Assembly (NCBI GenBank): GCA_963810095.1
Contig: CAWEMM010000012.1
Span: 416,001 to 480,000, forward strand
Direction of reading: 5' to 3'
From: an uncultured Chloroflexia bacterium
GTDB lineage: Bacteria > Chloroflexota > Anaerolineae > CG2-30-64-16
Length of the DNA stretch: 64,000 bases
Made by a program: the position numbers and the translations under genes. The notes under the pieces are model-generated. The model saw only the letters and a list, made by a program, of their open reading frames with translations, ran no database searches and was not told the origin of the DNA. This document shows, in pieces, positions 22,934-31,954 of this stretch. Within the stretch, counting starts at the first letter, position 1. Each line of letters opens with the position of its first letter.

Positions 22934-24127
22934 CTAGTACTTCAAGTCGACGGTCCGGCGCTCGCTGGCCGATTCCACGATGCCGTCGCAGACGACCGCA
23001 TTGCGGTAGCCGTCTTCGAAGTCCGCGGCGAGCGGCGCCACGTCCTTGTTGTTAACGATGCAGTCGAGCAGGTGGTTGATTTCGTGCACAAAGCTGTGCT
23101 CCCACCCGATGATGTGGCCGTGGGGCCACCAGTTGCCGATCCAGGGATGATCCCCTTCGGTCACGAGCACCCGGTGCCAGCCCTGGGTTGCCTTAGGATC
23201 TTCGCCGACCCAGAAGACTTCCAGCTCGTTCATGCGCTCGAGATCGAAGCGGATGGACCCCTTCTCGCCGTTGATTTCCCAGCAGTTGTAGTTCTTCCGC
23301 CCGGCGGCGAAGCGGCTCGCCTCCAACGTGCCGATCGCGCCGTTCTCGAACTCGAACGTCGCGGCGAACGCGTCGTCCACGTCCACTTCCCACGGGGTAC
23401 CATCCGGCAGGTAGCGAGTCGGGATGAAGGTCTTGGTCATGGCTTGCAAGCTCTTCACCTCGCCGCACAGGAACCGGCTCAGGTCGATGATGTGCGAGCC
23501 CAGGTCGCCCAGCGCGCCGCTGCCCGCGACCTGCTTGTTCAGGCGCCAGATCTGCCCCGTGTCGTAGTGGGGCATGATCCATTCCTGCAGGTACACCGCC
23601 CGGAAGTGATAGATCTTGCCGAGCTTGCCCCCGGCGATCAAGTCGCGCGCCAGGCGAATGGCGGGCACGAAGCGATAGTTGTGCGCGACCATGTGCTTTA
23701 CGCCGGTCTTCGCCACCGCCTGCCACATCTCGTAGCCTTCCGCCGCGGTGCGCGAGAGCGGCTTCTCGCACAAGACATGTTTGCCGGCCTGCGCTGCGGC
23801 GATGGTCGGCTCCGCGTGCATGTCGCCCGGCCCGCCGTTGTCGAAGAGCTGAACTTCCGGGTCCTCGATCAGCTTGTGCCAGTCGGTGTAATAGCGGTCG
23901 TAGCCGAAGCGCCGGCACGCTTCCGCGACCCCTGCTTCGTTCCGTCCGGCAATCGCGACCAGGTGGGGCACCGCAACCGGCGGGTACATCATGTACGGCA
24001 GCTTCTTGTATGCGTTCGAGTGCGCCTTGCCCATGAACGCGTAGCCGAGCATGCCGACGCCGACGGTCGGGGCCTCTTCTGCGCCGCCCGTCGCAGCCAT
24101 CTTCGTAAACGACTGTCCTTCCGCCAT
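22934..24127 (-). CDS. Gfo/Idh/MocA oxidoreductase, levoglucosan/glucoside 3-dehydrogenase-like
   Basis: G.GMLGYAFMGKAHSNAY, CEKPL, YLQEW, AGSGALGDLGSH, DVDD and WWPHGHIIGWEH. Confidence 0.85.
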   Translation of the reverse strand: MAEGQSFTKMAATGGAEEAPTVGVGMLGYAFMGKAHSNAYKKLPYMMYPPVAVPHLVAIAGRNEAGVAEACRRFGYDRYYTDWHKLIEDPEVQLFDNGGPGDMHAEPTIAAAQAGKHVLCEKPLSRTAAEGYEMWQAVAKTGVKHMVAHNYRFVPAIRLARDLIAGGKLGKIYHFRAVYLQEWIMPHYDTGQIWRLNKQVAGSGALGDLGSHIIDLSRFLCGEVKSLQAMTKTFIPTRYLPDGTPWEVDVDDAFAATFEFENGAIGTLEASRFAAGRKNYNCWEINGEKGSIRFDLERMNELEVFWVGEDPKATQGWHRVLVTEGDHPWIGNWWPHGHIIGWEHSFVHEINHLLDCIVNNKDVAPLAADFEDGYRNAVVCDGIVESASERRTVDLKY

Positions 24128-24138
24128 GGTGTTCTCCT

Positions 24139-25143
24139 TCAGTCTTTCGAGGCGAACGCAGCGTCGAAGAGCACGTCCGACGGCGCAAAGTCGAGCTTCT
24201 TCACGAACGCAGCGGCCTCGGTTGCGCCGTGCTCTCGATCCATATTGCCGTCTTCCCACTCGACCGAGAGCGGGCCCTGGTAGCCGATGCTGTTCAGCGC
24301 CCGGATGATGCCCTCGAAGTCGATCCGACCGCGGCCGAGCGAGCGGAAGTCCCAGAAGCGCCGGGCATCGCCGAAGTTAAGATGCCCGCCGAAGACGCCC
24401 GCCTCAGTGGGCACGGACGACCACCACACATCCTTCATGTGGACGTGGTAGATCCGGTCCGCGAATTTGCGGATGAACCCGACGTAGTCGACGCCCTGGT
24501 AGCCGAAATGGCTCGGATCATAGTTGAACCCGAACGCGGGATGATAATCCAGCGCCTTGAGCGCGTTCTCGGCGCTTGCAACGTCGAAAGCGATCTCGGT
24601 CGGGTGGACTTCCAGTGCATACCGGACGCCAACTTCCTGGTAGCAGTCCATGATCGGCTTCCACATCTCGGCGAAGAACTTCAGGCCCTTCTCAAGGTAG
24701 TCCGCGGGGTTGGGCGGGAAGGAGTAGACCATGTGCCAGATGGGCGAGCCGGTGAACCCCGGCACCACCTTGAGCCCCATCTTGGCCGCGGCGATCGCAG
24801 TGTTTTGAATCTCTTGCGCCGCCCGGCGCCGCACGCCGTCTTCCTTGCCGTCACCGTAGATGCGTGGGGGCAAGATGCTCGCATGTCGCTCGTCGATCCG
24901 ATCGCACACAGCCTGACCCACAAGATGCGCGCTGATCGCATAGCACTGCAGACCGTACTTGTTCAGGATGTCCCAGCGTCCGCGCACATAGGCGTCGTCC
25001 TCGAGCGCCTTGTCGACTTCGAAGTGATCGCCCCAGCACGCGATTTCGACGCCATCATAACCAAACTGCTTGGCCTTCTGGCAGATGGTTTCGAACGGCA
25101 GATCGGCCCACTGGCCGGTAAACAAAGTGACAGGTCGTCCCAT
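24139..25143 (-). CDS. AP_endonuc_2 TIM-barrel sugar isomerase/hydratase (3-ketoglycoside-pathway-like)
   Basis: [38 protein letters not shown] and SVEWED. Confidence 0.8.
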   Translation of the reverse strand: MGRPVTLFTGQWADLPFETICQKAKQFGYDGVEIACWGDHFEVDKALEDDAYVRGRWDILNKYGLQCYAISAHLVGQAVCDRIDERHASILPPRIYGDGKEDGVRRRAAQEIQNTAIAAAKMGLKVVPGFTGSPIWHMVYSFPPNPADYLEKGLKFFAEMWKPIMDCYQEVGVRYALEVHPTEIAFDVASAENALKALDYHPAFGFNYDPSHFGYQGVDYVGFIRKFADRIYHVHMKDVWWSSVPTEAGVFGGHLNFGDARRFWDFRSLGRGRIDFEGIIRALNSIGYQGPLSVEWEDGNMDREHGATEAAAFVKKLDFAPSDVLFDAAFASKD

Positions 25144-25176
25144 GACTGAATCTCCTTTGATTGGTAAAGCAACGGT

Positions 25177-25229
25177 AACCACAAGGGCACTAAGGCGCCA
25201 GGTTCTTCCCTGGCTCGTGTCTTCGTGGT
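25177..25229. repeat. Family A intergenic repeat (degenerate)
   Basis: AACCACAAGGGCACTAAG...CTCGTGTCTTCGTGGT. Confidence 0.6.
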
Positions 25230-25236
25230 GAAAGGA

Positions 25237-26085
25237 CTATTCCGCTCCCAACGACTTGAGAAACTCGTAGCTCTGCTTGACGGCCGCGTCGCCCGCGATC
25301 TCGAGCGTGCTGTAGCCGTCATAGCCGCCGTCGACGAGCGCCTTGTACACGCCGGCAATGTCGACGCACCCCGTGCCGAGCGCCGTGCCCGACATCCCCG
25401 CGCCGAACATCTTGCCCCGGTTGGCCTCCATCTCGATGCCCCAGTCCTTCCAATGCACGTGGTGGATTTGGGGCGCGAGCCGTTTGACCATCGCGACTGG
25501 ATCGGTGCCGCCCAGCCACGAGTTGCCAGAGTCGAAGTTGACACCCAGCGCCGGCGAGTCACACAACTCCAGGATCTTCTCCATGTGGTCGATCGAGTCC
25601 GTGTACTTGCCGTGCGGCTCCAACAGGATCTTGACGCCGTGATCCTCGGCCACTCGCAGCGGCTCATACAACCGCTCGCGGATGAGGAACAGGGCCTCTT
25701 TGTCGGTCAGGTTGTGACCGAACGCCGTCTTCGGGTCGCCCTCCGACGTGATGACATGCTCTACGCCCACCGCGGCCGCGTTGCGCACGGCCTTGATGAT
25801 CTGCATGGTGCCGAAGCGCCACGGCGCGGTCGGGTCTAGCAGGTTCGCGTGCGCGCACCAGGTCGTGATCTTCAGCCCGCGCTCATCGAACATGCGCTTG
25901 ATGTCGAACGGGTTGGCGTCCAGGCTTGCCACGGCCGCAAAGCCATACTCGACGCCCATGCTTCCGCCGTCCGTGCTATCCGTGACGTCCGCATACTTGA
26001 AGCCCCAATCCCGAATCCGGTCGAGTTGGTGCTCCAACACGGAGAACGGATCGATCAACGCAAAACAACCGACTTTGATCGCCAT
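25237..26085 (-). CDS. Sugar phosphate isomerase/epimerase (AP_endonuc_2 TIM barrel)
   Basis: LEPHG, NFDSGN, HVHWKD, ALGTG.VD and TLEI metal-site pattern. Confidence 0.8.
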   Translation of the reverse strand: MAIKVGCFALIDPFSVLEHQLDRIRDWGFKYADVTDSTDGGSMGVEYGFAAVASLDANPFDIKRMFDERGLKITTWCAHANLLDPTAPWRFGTMQIIKAVRNAAAVGVEHVITSEGDPKTAFGHNLTDKEALFLIRERLYEPLRVAEDHGVKILLEPHGKYTDSIDHMEKILELCDSPALGVNFDSGNSWLGGTDPVAMVKRLAPQIHHVHWKDWGIEMEANRGKMFGAGMSGTALGTGCVDIAGVYKALVDGGYDGYSTLEIAGDAAVKQSYEFLKSLGAE

Positions 26086-26110
26086 AGTGCCCTCCTAGCA
26101 ACCAAATTCG

Positions 26111-26180
26111 CACCGCTAAGAACCGAAGAAGCGAAGGTTTACAAAGCGCAGTGCCTTTGTGAATCCTTGATTCTTCGGTG
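26111..26180. repeat. Family A intergenic repeat (degenerate)
   Basis: ACCGAAGAAGCGAAG...CCTTGATTCTTCGGTG. Confidence 0.5.
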
Positions 26181-26187
26181 CTTCCTG

Positions 26188-27429
26188 TTAGCGTGCCGTA
26201 TATTCGCGCGTGAAGTCGAACATCGCCTTCAGGTTTTCCGGCCGGGCCTCGTCCAGCATCACGGCTGCGTCCATGATCAGGCCGGGCTTGCCCTGGGTGT
26301 AGTCGATGATCCGCTTGCAGTACGCCTTGACGTCGTCGGGCGTGCCGCCCAGCAGCATCACGTTCGGCACGTTGCCCATCAGGCAGACCTTGCCGCCCAG
26401 GCAATCCCATGCCCGTTCGAAATTCGTGTTCGACAGGTGGTAGATGATCTTGCCCTCGGGGATGTCCGCGACGTGCTCCAGGCGGCTCTCCCAGTCGGCC
26501 TCCCAGTATACGATCGGCGTGACGCCCTTTTCGATCAGCCCGAGCAGGCCCTTGCGCAGGTACGGCCAGTAGAATTCCTTGAACTGCGCGTCAGACATGA
26601 ACTCGCGCGTCGACTTGTGGACCCACGTCCAGGCGAACGGCAGATCGGCCCCCGCGGCGCCCGAGCCGTATTCGATGAAGATCTTCGTCGCGACTTCCAG
26701 CGCGTCGTGGAGCTTGGACGGGCGCCGGCGCATGTCGGCCAGGATGTTGCGCGTGCCGCGCAGCGTGTCGCCGATGATGTCGAAGGGCGGCCAGTCCCAG
26801 GCCGCAAAGGCGAGCGGGTATCCCTTCGCCTTCATCTCGCCCCAGTAGGTGAACTGCGAGTCCCACCAGCGCTGCGTCTCTTCCGCCGCGGCCTGCACGG
26901 CCTTGAGGCTCGCCTGAAACTCTGGGGAGAGCCAAAAGAAGTTCACGTTCATCCAGCCGGTCCACATGAAGCGGCGCCACGGGATCGCGTTGGCAAAGCC
27001 CTCCATGGCCCCAAGCTGTCGAGGGGCCCACTTGCTGAACATGAACGCCGACGGGTCGTAGACGAATTCGTCGTATTCGTCGCCCTTCATGTACTCGCCG
27101 TCAAGGTACTGGTACATGTCGTCGTCGCCCAAGCCGTGGCCGGGCCACTTAAACGCCTTCCAATCCCACAGCTCCAGCGCGGGCGCGGGGTAGGGAAAGA
27201 TCGGCCCGAAATCGCAATCGGGCTGGAAGTAGTCGCGGAACTTGTGGCAGGCTTCGCGGGCGGCCGGATAGTCGTTCATGGCCTGCTTGTAGGTCATGCC
27301 GGCAAACTGGTACGGATACTTCTGGAAGGGGCCAAACACCGGGATTTGATCCGCGGGCCGGCATGCGGCGGCATTGAGGATGCGCGCTTGGCGCTCCTGG
27401 TAAAGCTGTTCGGGGGTCTTGTCTGACAT
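26188..27429 (-). CDS. Uroporphyrinogen-decarboxylase-fold corrinoid methyltransferase
   Basis: R..RI..A.....DQIPV, PFD..GD.LRG, FMSD.QFKEFYWP, CLMGNVP...L..GTP.DV..YCK.IID and A.PEN..AM; adjacent to a corrinoid protein. Confidence 0.8.
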   Translation of the reverse strand: MSDKTPEQLYQERQARILNAAACRPADQIPVFGPFQKYPYQFAGMTYKQAMNDYPAAREACHKFRDYFQPDCDFGPIFPYPAPALELWDWKAFKWPGHGLGDDDMYQYLDGEYMKGDEYDEFVYDPSAFMFSKWAPRQLGAMEGFANAIPWRRFMWTGWMNVNFFWLSPEFQASLKAVQAAAEETQRWWDSQFTYWGEMKAKGYPLAFAAWDWPPFDIIGDTLRGTRNILADMRRRPSKLHDALEVATKIFIEYGSGAAGADLPFAWTWVHKSTREFMSDAQFKEFYWPYLRKGLLGLIEKGVTPIVYWEADWESRLEHVADIPEGKIIYHLSNTNFERAWDCLGGKVCLMGNVPNVMLLGGTPDDVKAYCKRIIDYTQGKPGLIMDAAVMLDEARPENLKAMFDFTREYTAR

Positions 27430-27438
27430 GGTGGTCTC

Positions 27439-28083
27439 CTATGCGGTCCAGCTCTGGGCGAGCCGCACGGCTGCCGCGGCGTCCGCGCCGTACGCGTCCG
27501 CACCGACGAACTTGGCGGCCGCATCGTCCATGATGGCGCCCCCGATCATGATCTTCACGCCGTCGCGTAGGCCGGCGGCCTGGATCGCGTCGACGGTCCG
27601 TTTCATCTGCTCGTAGGCCATCGTCAGGAAGCCGCTCATGCCCACGATATCGGGCTTGATCTCCTGGATCTTGCTGACGAACGTGGCTTCGGGCACGTCC
27701 ACGCCGAGGTCGTGGACGGCGAAGTTGTTGACGTCGAGCATGAAACTCACCACGTCTTTACCGATGTCGTGGATATCGCCGGCAACCGTGCCAATCAGCA
27801 CGGTCCCGCGCTTCGCGGCCTGGGTCGCCTGGCCAGCCAGGCGGGGTTTCGCCAGGTCCCCGATGGCCTTCATCATGTCGCCCGCAATGATCAGCTCGGG
27901 CAGGAAGTACTCCCTGGAATCGAAGCGCTGGCCGACGATCGTCATTGCTTCGCTGGCGGCGCTCAAGACCGCCTGGGGGTCTACCCCATCATCCAGCATC
28001 GCCTGGGCCAATTGCAGGGCCTCTTCTTCCCTCATGTCGGCGATAGCGGCGACCAGTTGGTCGCGTTCAAGTTGTTCTTTCAC
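27439..28083 (-). CDS. Cobalamin-binding corrinoid protein (MtaC/MttC-like)
   Basis: B12 cap domain (AMT.VG.RF...EYFLPELI), GDIHDIGK (DxHxxG), DLGVDVP, SGFLT and MIGGA. GTG 28083 follows a GGAG SD. Confidence 0.92.
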   Translation of the reverse strand: MKEQLERDQLVAAIADMREEEALQLAQAMLDDGVDPQAVLSAASEAMTIVGQRFDSREYFLPELIIAGDMMKAIGDLAKPRLAGQATQAAKRGTVLIGTVAGDIHDIGKDVVSFMLDVNNFAVHDLGVDVPEATFVSKIQEIKPDIVGMSGFLTMAYEQMKRTVDAIQAAGLRDGVKIMIGGAIMDDAAAKFVGADAYGADAAAAVRLAQSWTA

Positions 28084-28128
28084 TGTGTACACTCCGTGCT
28101 GCGATGGTGCTGCAGTATCTTACTTCGG

Positions 28129-28845
28129 TTACACCGTGCCGGCAGACCGCAGGCGGCGGTGGTTGCGGTGGTTGCAGCGGTCCCGGATGGTGCAGAAGTC
28201 GCAGTTGCTGGCGCCCTCGACGCCCAGCGGGCCGGGACCCATGCCCATGATCAGCGACAGCGATTTCATAGGCGTCATTACCAGCGACTCCGTCAGGGTC
28301 ACGCCGATTTCGCGTGTCCCCTCTGCGAGCAGCGCGAAAATGACTGACTGTTCAGACACCGGCCACGCGGATTCGCCGGGCGAGAGCGCCGTGCTCGCGC
28401 GCCAGCCCCGTGCGGTTGCCTGAGTCTCGATCGTCTGGCAGAGCTGTTGGCGCACCTGGTCGACGGCCCACGAGCCCAGGTCGTCCAGAAACATGGCCCG
28501 CAGCCGCTTCCCGCCGTGCTGGTGCTCAGTGATCCGCCGGCTGATTTCCGCGCCGGCGGTGCAGACCCCCACTACTAGCTCGGCTGCGCCCGCCACCACT
28601 TCGGCGACGGGACCGCCGCCCAATCGGGTGCCGTCCGCAAGCACGAGGCGCTCGTGGCGAAACTCGCGAATGCCGAAACTGTCCCACGCGGCCGCGGGCC
28701 TGAGCGTTTCTGCCGCGTCGGCGAGCGCGCCTTCCCAGTCCGCATACACCCCGGGCCGCGTCAGCAGCTTCGGTAGGGTGCCGCCTACCTGGGCGATGTA
28801 CTGCTCCGCATCGAAGCGGAGGTCCCAATCGTGACTGGTCTGCAT
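28129..28845 (-). CDS. Stand-alone methionine synthase AdoMet activation-domain protein (corrinoid reactivation)
   Basis: VCTAG, LD.LGS.AV, SPG...WP..EQ..IF, IGVTLTES..M.PMKSLS and C-terminal CxxC....C. Confidence 0.8.
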   Translation of the reverse strand: MQTSHDWDLRFDAEQYIAQVGGTLPKLLTRPGVYADWEGALADAAETLRPAAAWDSFGIREFRHERLVLADGTRLGGGPVAEVVAGAAELVVGVCTAGAEISRRITEHQHGGKRLRAMFLDDLGSWAVDQVRQQLCQTIETQATARGWRASTALSPGESAWPVSEQSVIFALLAEGTREIGVTLTESLVMTPMKSLSLIMGMGPGPLGVEGASNCDFCTIRDRCNHRNHRRLRSAGTV

Positions 28846-28860
28846 TGACTCCGGCCCTTG

Positions 28861-28909
28861 CGAGATCAGACCTGGCAAGGCCCCGCAGGACCCGCCAGGT
28901 CTGATCTCG
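28861..28909. repeat. REP-like palindrome (AGACCTGGC..GCCAGGTCT type)
   Basis: Perfect 16 bp IR CGAGATCAGACCTGGC/GCCAGGTCTGATCTCG. Confidence 0.7.
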
Positions 28910-28918
28910 TGTGGACCC

Positions 28919-29767
28919 CTACGCCATCAGCTTCTTCAGGAAGGCCATGCCTTCCACGCCGAGGTGCTCGGGGCTTTCGAACAGCGGGCGCCACACAGCG
29001 GCTGCCCGGGCAATCTCCTTCACTTCTGTGGAGAAGGACTCGATGACCATCGCGCCGCCGTAGTTGATCTTCTTCAGCGCCTCGCCGACCTCGTCCCACG
29101 CAACGTGGCCGCTGCCGGGCACGCCGCGATCGTTCTCGTTCGCATGAACGTGGTACAGCTTAGGCCCGGCCATTTCGATGGCCTTGCCGAGGTGCTTCTC
29201 CTCGATGTTGCCGTGGAACGTGTCGATCATCACGCCGCAGGCGGGGCTGGCCACCAGTTCGACCAACTCAAGCGCCTGCTCCATGAGGTTAATGAAGCTG
29301 GTCTCGAAGCGATTGAGTGGCTCGAGGGCCAGCTTGACCCCCCGCTCGCCCGCATAATCGGCAGCGATGCGCAGGTTCTTGGCCGTGCGCGCCAGGTCTT
29401 CTTTGCGCATCTCCGGCGTCTGCTGCCACTGGCGGCCGACGGCCGAGTAGAGCGGTCCGCCGAGCACATGGCCGCCGAACGCGGCACACGCGTCGATGCA
29501 GTGCTTCAGGTAAGTGACACCCGCTTCCTGGATCACCGGGTCGGGGTGCGACGGGTCGCGGCTGGCGCCCATCACCGCACAGATGCTGGCTGCCAGTCCC
29601 GCGTCCTTGAACGCGTCACACCCAGCGTCCAGATCGACGTCGCCAATGCTCTCGATGGGGATTTCTAACAGGTCGAAGCCCACCTGCTTGGCCACCTTGA
29701 GGAAGTGCAGGTCCTTGGTCTGGAACGGCGAGGCATAGACGAATGAGTTAATCCCGTACTGGATCAT
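28919..29767 (-). CDS. Ketose 3-epimerase family (D-psicose/D-tagatose 3-epimerase-like)
   Basis: EPLNRFET, DTFH.NIEE, HVHANENDRG.PGSGH and IESF. Confidence 0.85.
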   Translation of the reverse strand: MIQYGINSFVYASPFQTKDLHFLKVAKQVGFDLLEIPIESIGDVDLDAGCDAFKDAGLAASICAVMGASRDPSHPDPVIQEAGVTYLKHCIDACAAFGGHVLGGPLYSAVGRQWQQTPEMRKEDLARTAKNLRIAADYAGERGVKLALEPLNRFETSFINLMEQALELVELVASPACGVMIDTFHGNIEEKHLGKAIEMAGPKLYHVHANENDRGVPGSGHVAWDEVGEALKKINYGGAMVIESFSTEVKEIARAAAVWRPLFESPEHLGVEGMAFLKKLMA

Positions 29768-29783
29768 GGTCGTTTTCCCTTTC

Positions 29784-29843
29784 GTAAGGGCGAGGCATTC
29801 TGGATGCCGGCGCCTGCCGGCATCCAGAATGCCTCGCCCCTAC
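29784..29843. repeat. REP-like palindrome (GTAGGGGCG...CGCCCCTAC type)
   Basis: 28 bp stem with one mismatch and a 4 nt loop. Confidence 0.75.
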
Positions 29844-29846
29844 AAC

Positions 29847-30911
29847 CTACGGCACGATCTGGACTTTGATCGGGTTGTCGACCCGGTTCTTCAGGTCGAT
29901 GATCGCCTGCGCGGCTTCGCTGAGCGGCCGGCTCTGCGACACCAGTGGCTCGAGGTTGAGCAGACCTTCCGCGATCATGGCGATCGTCTGCGGCCAGACG
30001 CCCGGCGCGAGCCAGGATGCCCGGATCTGCTTGTCGGCCTCGTGGAATGACACCGCGGGGATGTGGATCACGTCATTCTTGTCAGGCCCGCCGAAATGCA
30101 CCAGGATTGCGCCACCGGCGGTCACGTCGAGCGCCTGCTCGAAGGCCGAGTTGGCCGCAGTCGGGTTGATCGCCCGCTCGACCATCTTGCCGTTCGTCAC
30201 GTCGGCGATGGCGGCCTTCAGGTCCTTGGCGTAGTACGGGGACTTCTCATCCTTCGTGTTGATAATGCAGTCTGCGCCCCACTTCTTCGCCTCTTCCAGG
30301 CGGTAATCGCGCGTGCCGACCATGATGACCTTGCCCGCGCCCGTCTTCTTCGCGATCTGCGTCATCATGATCCCGATCGGGCCGGGGCCGAAGATAGCGA
30401 CCGATTGGCCGGGCACGATCTCGAGCTTGTTCATGGCGTAGACCGCGCAGGCGAGCGGTTCGATAAACGCGCCGGCCTCGTAGCTGACATTGTCCGCCAG
30501 CTTGAACAGGCCCGTGTAGCGCGAAACGACGTACTCGGCGAACGCACCATCCGCATTCACGCCCGGCACGTAGAGGTTCGAGCAGAGGTTCGTCTTGCCG
30601 CTGGCACAGTTGTAGCACGCGTTGCAGTGCTGCACCGGGTTGACGACCACACGGTCGCCGGGTTTGAACAGGCCCATGCTTTTCGGAATTGCGCCGACTT
30701 CTACAACCTCGCCCGTGAACTCATGGCCGAGAATGATGGGCATCTTTCCGGTCAGCATCGAGCCAAAGTAATACCCCACGTCAGACCCGCAGATGCCGCA
30801 GTTCTTGACGCGCACCAGCACGTCACCCTCGCCAATCTGGGGGACGGGTACATCGGCCATCTCGATCTTTTCGAATTCGGTGAGAATGGCCGCCTTCATG
30901 AGTTCTGCCAT
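29847..30911 (-). CDS. Zinc-dependent MDR sugar-alcohol dehydrogenase
   Basis: CGICGSD, GHEFTG, structural-Zn CxxCxxC.......C, EPLAC and GPGPIG. Confidence 0.9.
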   Translation of the reverse strand: MAELMKAAILTEFEKIEMADVPVPQIGEGDVLVRVKNCGICGSDVGYYFGSMLTGKMPIILGHEFTGEVVEVGAIPKSMGLFKPGDRVVVNPVQHCNACYNCASGKTNLCSNLYVPGVNADGAFAEYVVSRYTGLFKLADNVSYEAGAFIEPLACAVYAMNKLEIVPGQSVAIFGPGPIGIMMTQIAKKTGAGKVIMVGTRDYRLEEAKKWGADCIINTKDEKSPYYAKDLKAAIADVTNGKMVERAINPTAANSAFEQALDVTAGGAILVHFGGPDKNDVIHIPAVSFHEADKQIRASWLAPGVWPQTIAMIAEGLLNLEPLVSQSRPLSEAAQAIIDLKNRVDNPIKVQIVP

Positions 30912-30939
30912 GTTGATTTCTCCTGTCAAAACCAGCTTC

Positions 30940-31012
30940 AACACAAAGACACAAAGACACAAAGTTCAAGAGATCATCTCTGTCAGCCGTTGTGTCTTGG
31001 TGTCTTTGTGTT
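30940..31012. repeat. Family A intergenic repeat
   Basis: A(ACACAAAG)x3 ... TGTGTCTTGGTGTCTTTGTGTT. Confidence 0.85.
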
Positions 31013-31018
31013 TTGGCC

Positions 31019-31927
31019 TTATGCGCCGTACTTTTCGACCAGGTTGTCCATGTACTGCTTCGCGGGGCCGGTGGCTTCGAGCGCACCTTCCCAGAAGCAC
31101 AGGTCGATGGGCCACCAGTCTTCGGTGTAGCCCGCGTCCTTCAGCGCCTGCACGATCGACGGGAAGTCCAGAATGCCCTTCCCGAACGGCGCGTGCGTCG
31201 ACGTGTCGCCGTCGTGCAGCGTCTCGTCCGAGTCGATGAAGTGGACGTGCTTGATCCAGCCGGTCAGCATGTGCGCGAACTGGACCACGCCGCCGGGCAG
31301 CGTCTCCTTCTCGCCCATTTGCCGCGCGCCCACCACCGAGCACATGTGCGCGTGGCAGGAGTCAAACAGCACGCCGAAGTTCTTGTGGCCCACGGCATAG
31401 CACATGCGCACGACTTCGCTGGGCTTGTTGAAGAGGAAACCGGGCTCAAATTCCCAGATGAAGTCGATGCCATGCGCGCCGCACACTTTCGAGGCTTCGC
31501 GGAAAGCATGGGCGGTGCGCCAGAAGCACGTCTCATAGTCCATCCCGCCGGGGATTGCAGTCGGCGGGACGATCGTGTCGGTGCGCATCTTCTTCGTGCC
31601 CAGCACTTCGCAGATTGCGACATTGTGCAGCACGACGTCCAGGTAGTCCGGAATGCTCGCCAGCATGGGCGGCACCTTGCCGAAGTCCGCTGCGATGCCA
31701 GACACGGCGAGGCCGTGGTCGTCCAGCAACTTCTTGACCTCGCGGACCTTGTTCAGGTCGCTGGCTTCGTCCGTCGAGAGGTGGGGCGCGAAAATGCCCA
31801 ACTCGACGCCGTCGAACTTGTATTCCTGCAGCTTGTTGGCCACGACGTCCAGGTCGATTGGCTTATCTGCATAACCGCCCCAGATGTACGCCCAAGTGCC
31901 GACCGAAATCTTCTTCTTAGCCATCAA
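31019..31927 (-). CDS. Sugar phosphate isomerase/epimerase (AP_endonuc_2 TIM barrel)
   Basis: FDGVEL, WEFEPG, FDSCHA, HVHFIDSD and HAPFGKG.LDF. Confidence 0.8.
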   Translation of the reverse strand: MMAKKKISVGTWAYIWGGYADKPIDLDVVANKLQEYKFDGVELGIFAPHLSTDEASDLNKVREVKKLLDDHGLAVSGIAADFGKVPPMLASIPDYLDVVLHNVAICEVLGTKKMRTDTIVPPTAIPGGMDYETCFWRTAHAFREASKVCGAHGIDFIWEFEPGFLFNKPSEVVRMCYAVGHKNFGVLFDSCHAHMCSVVGARQMGEKETLPGGVVQFAHMLTGWIKHVHFIDSDETLHDGDTSTHAPFGKGILDFPSIVQALKDAGYTEDWWPIDLCFWEGALEATGPAKQYMDNLVEKYGA

Positions 31928-31954
31928 AGCCTCCTTGTTTTGATCTCGTTGGGT

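Noticed and set aside
21995-24283. 762 aa plus-strand ORF, and similar long ORFs at 2236-3810, 11107-12738, 25849-27426, 30992-32905, 34682-36085 and 59860-61302
   Set aside because: They are antisense shadows of well-supported genes, expected from high-GC codon bias. They show no motifs and several span multiple real genes.
26188-27429. True hemE (heme biosynthesis)
   Set aside because: It lacks the RQAGR motif and sits beside corrinoid and activation proteins.
30940-31012. CRISPR array suggested by periodic ACACAAAG or GAACTGAT repeats
   Set aside because: Units are 8-9 bp, arranged as inverted arms with no unique spacers, and no cas genes are present.
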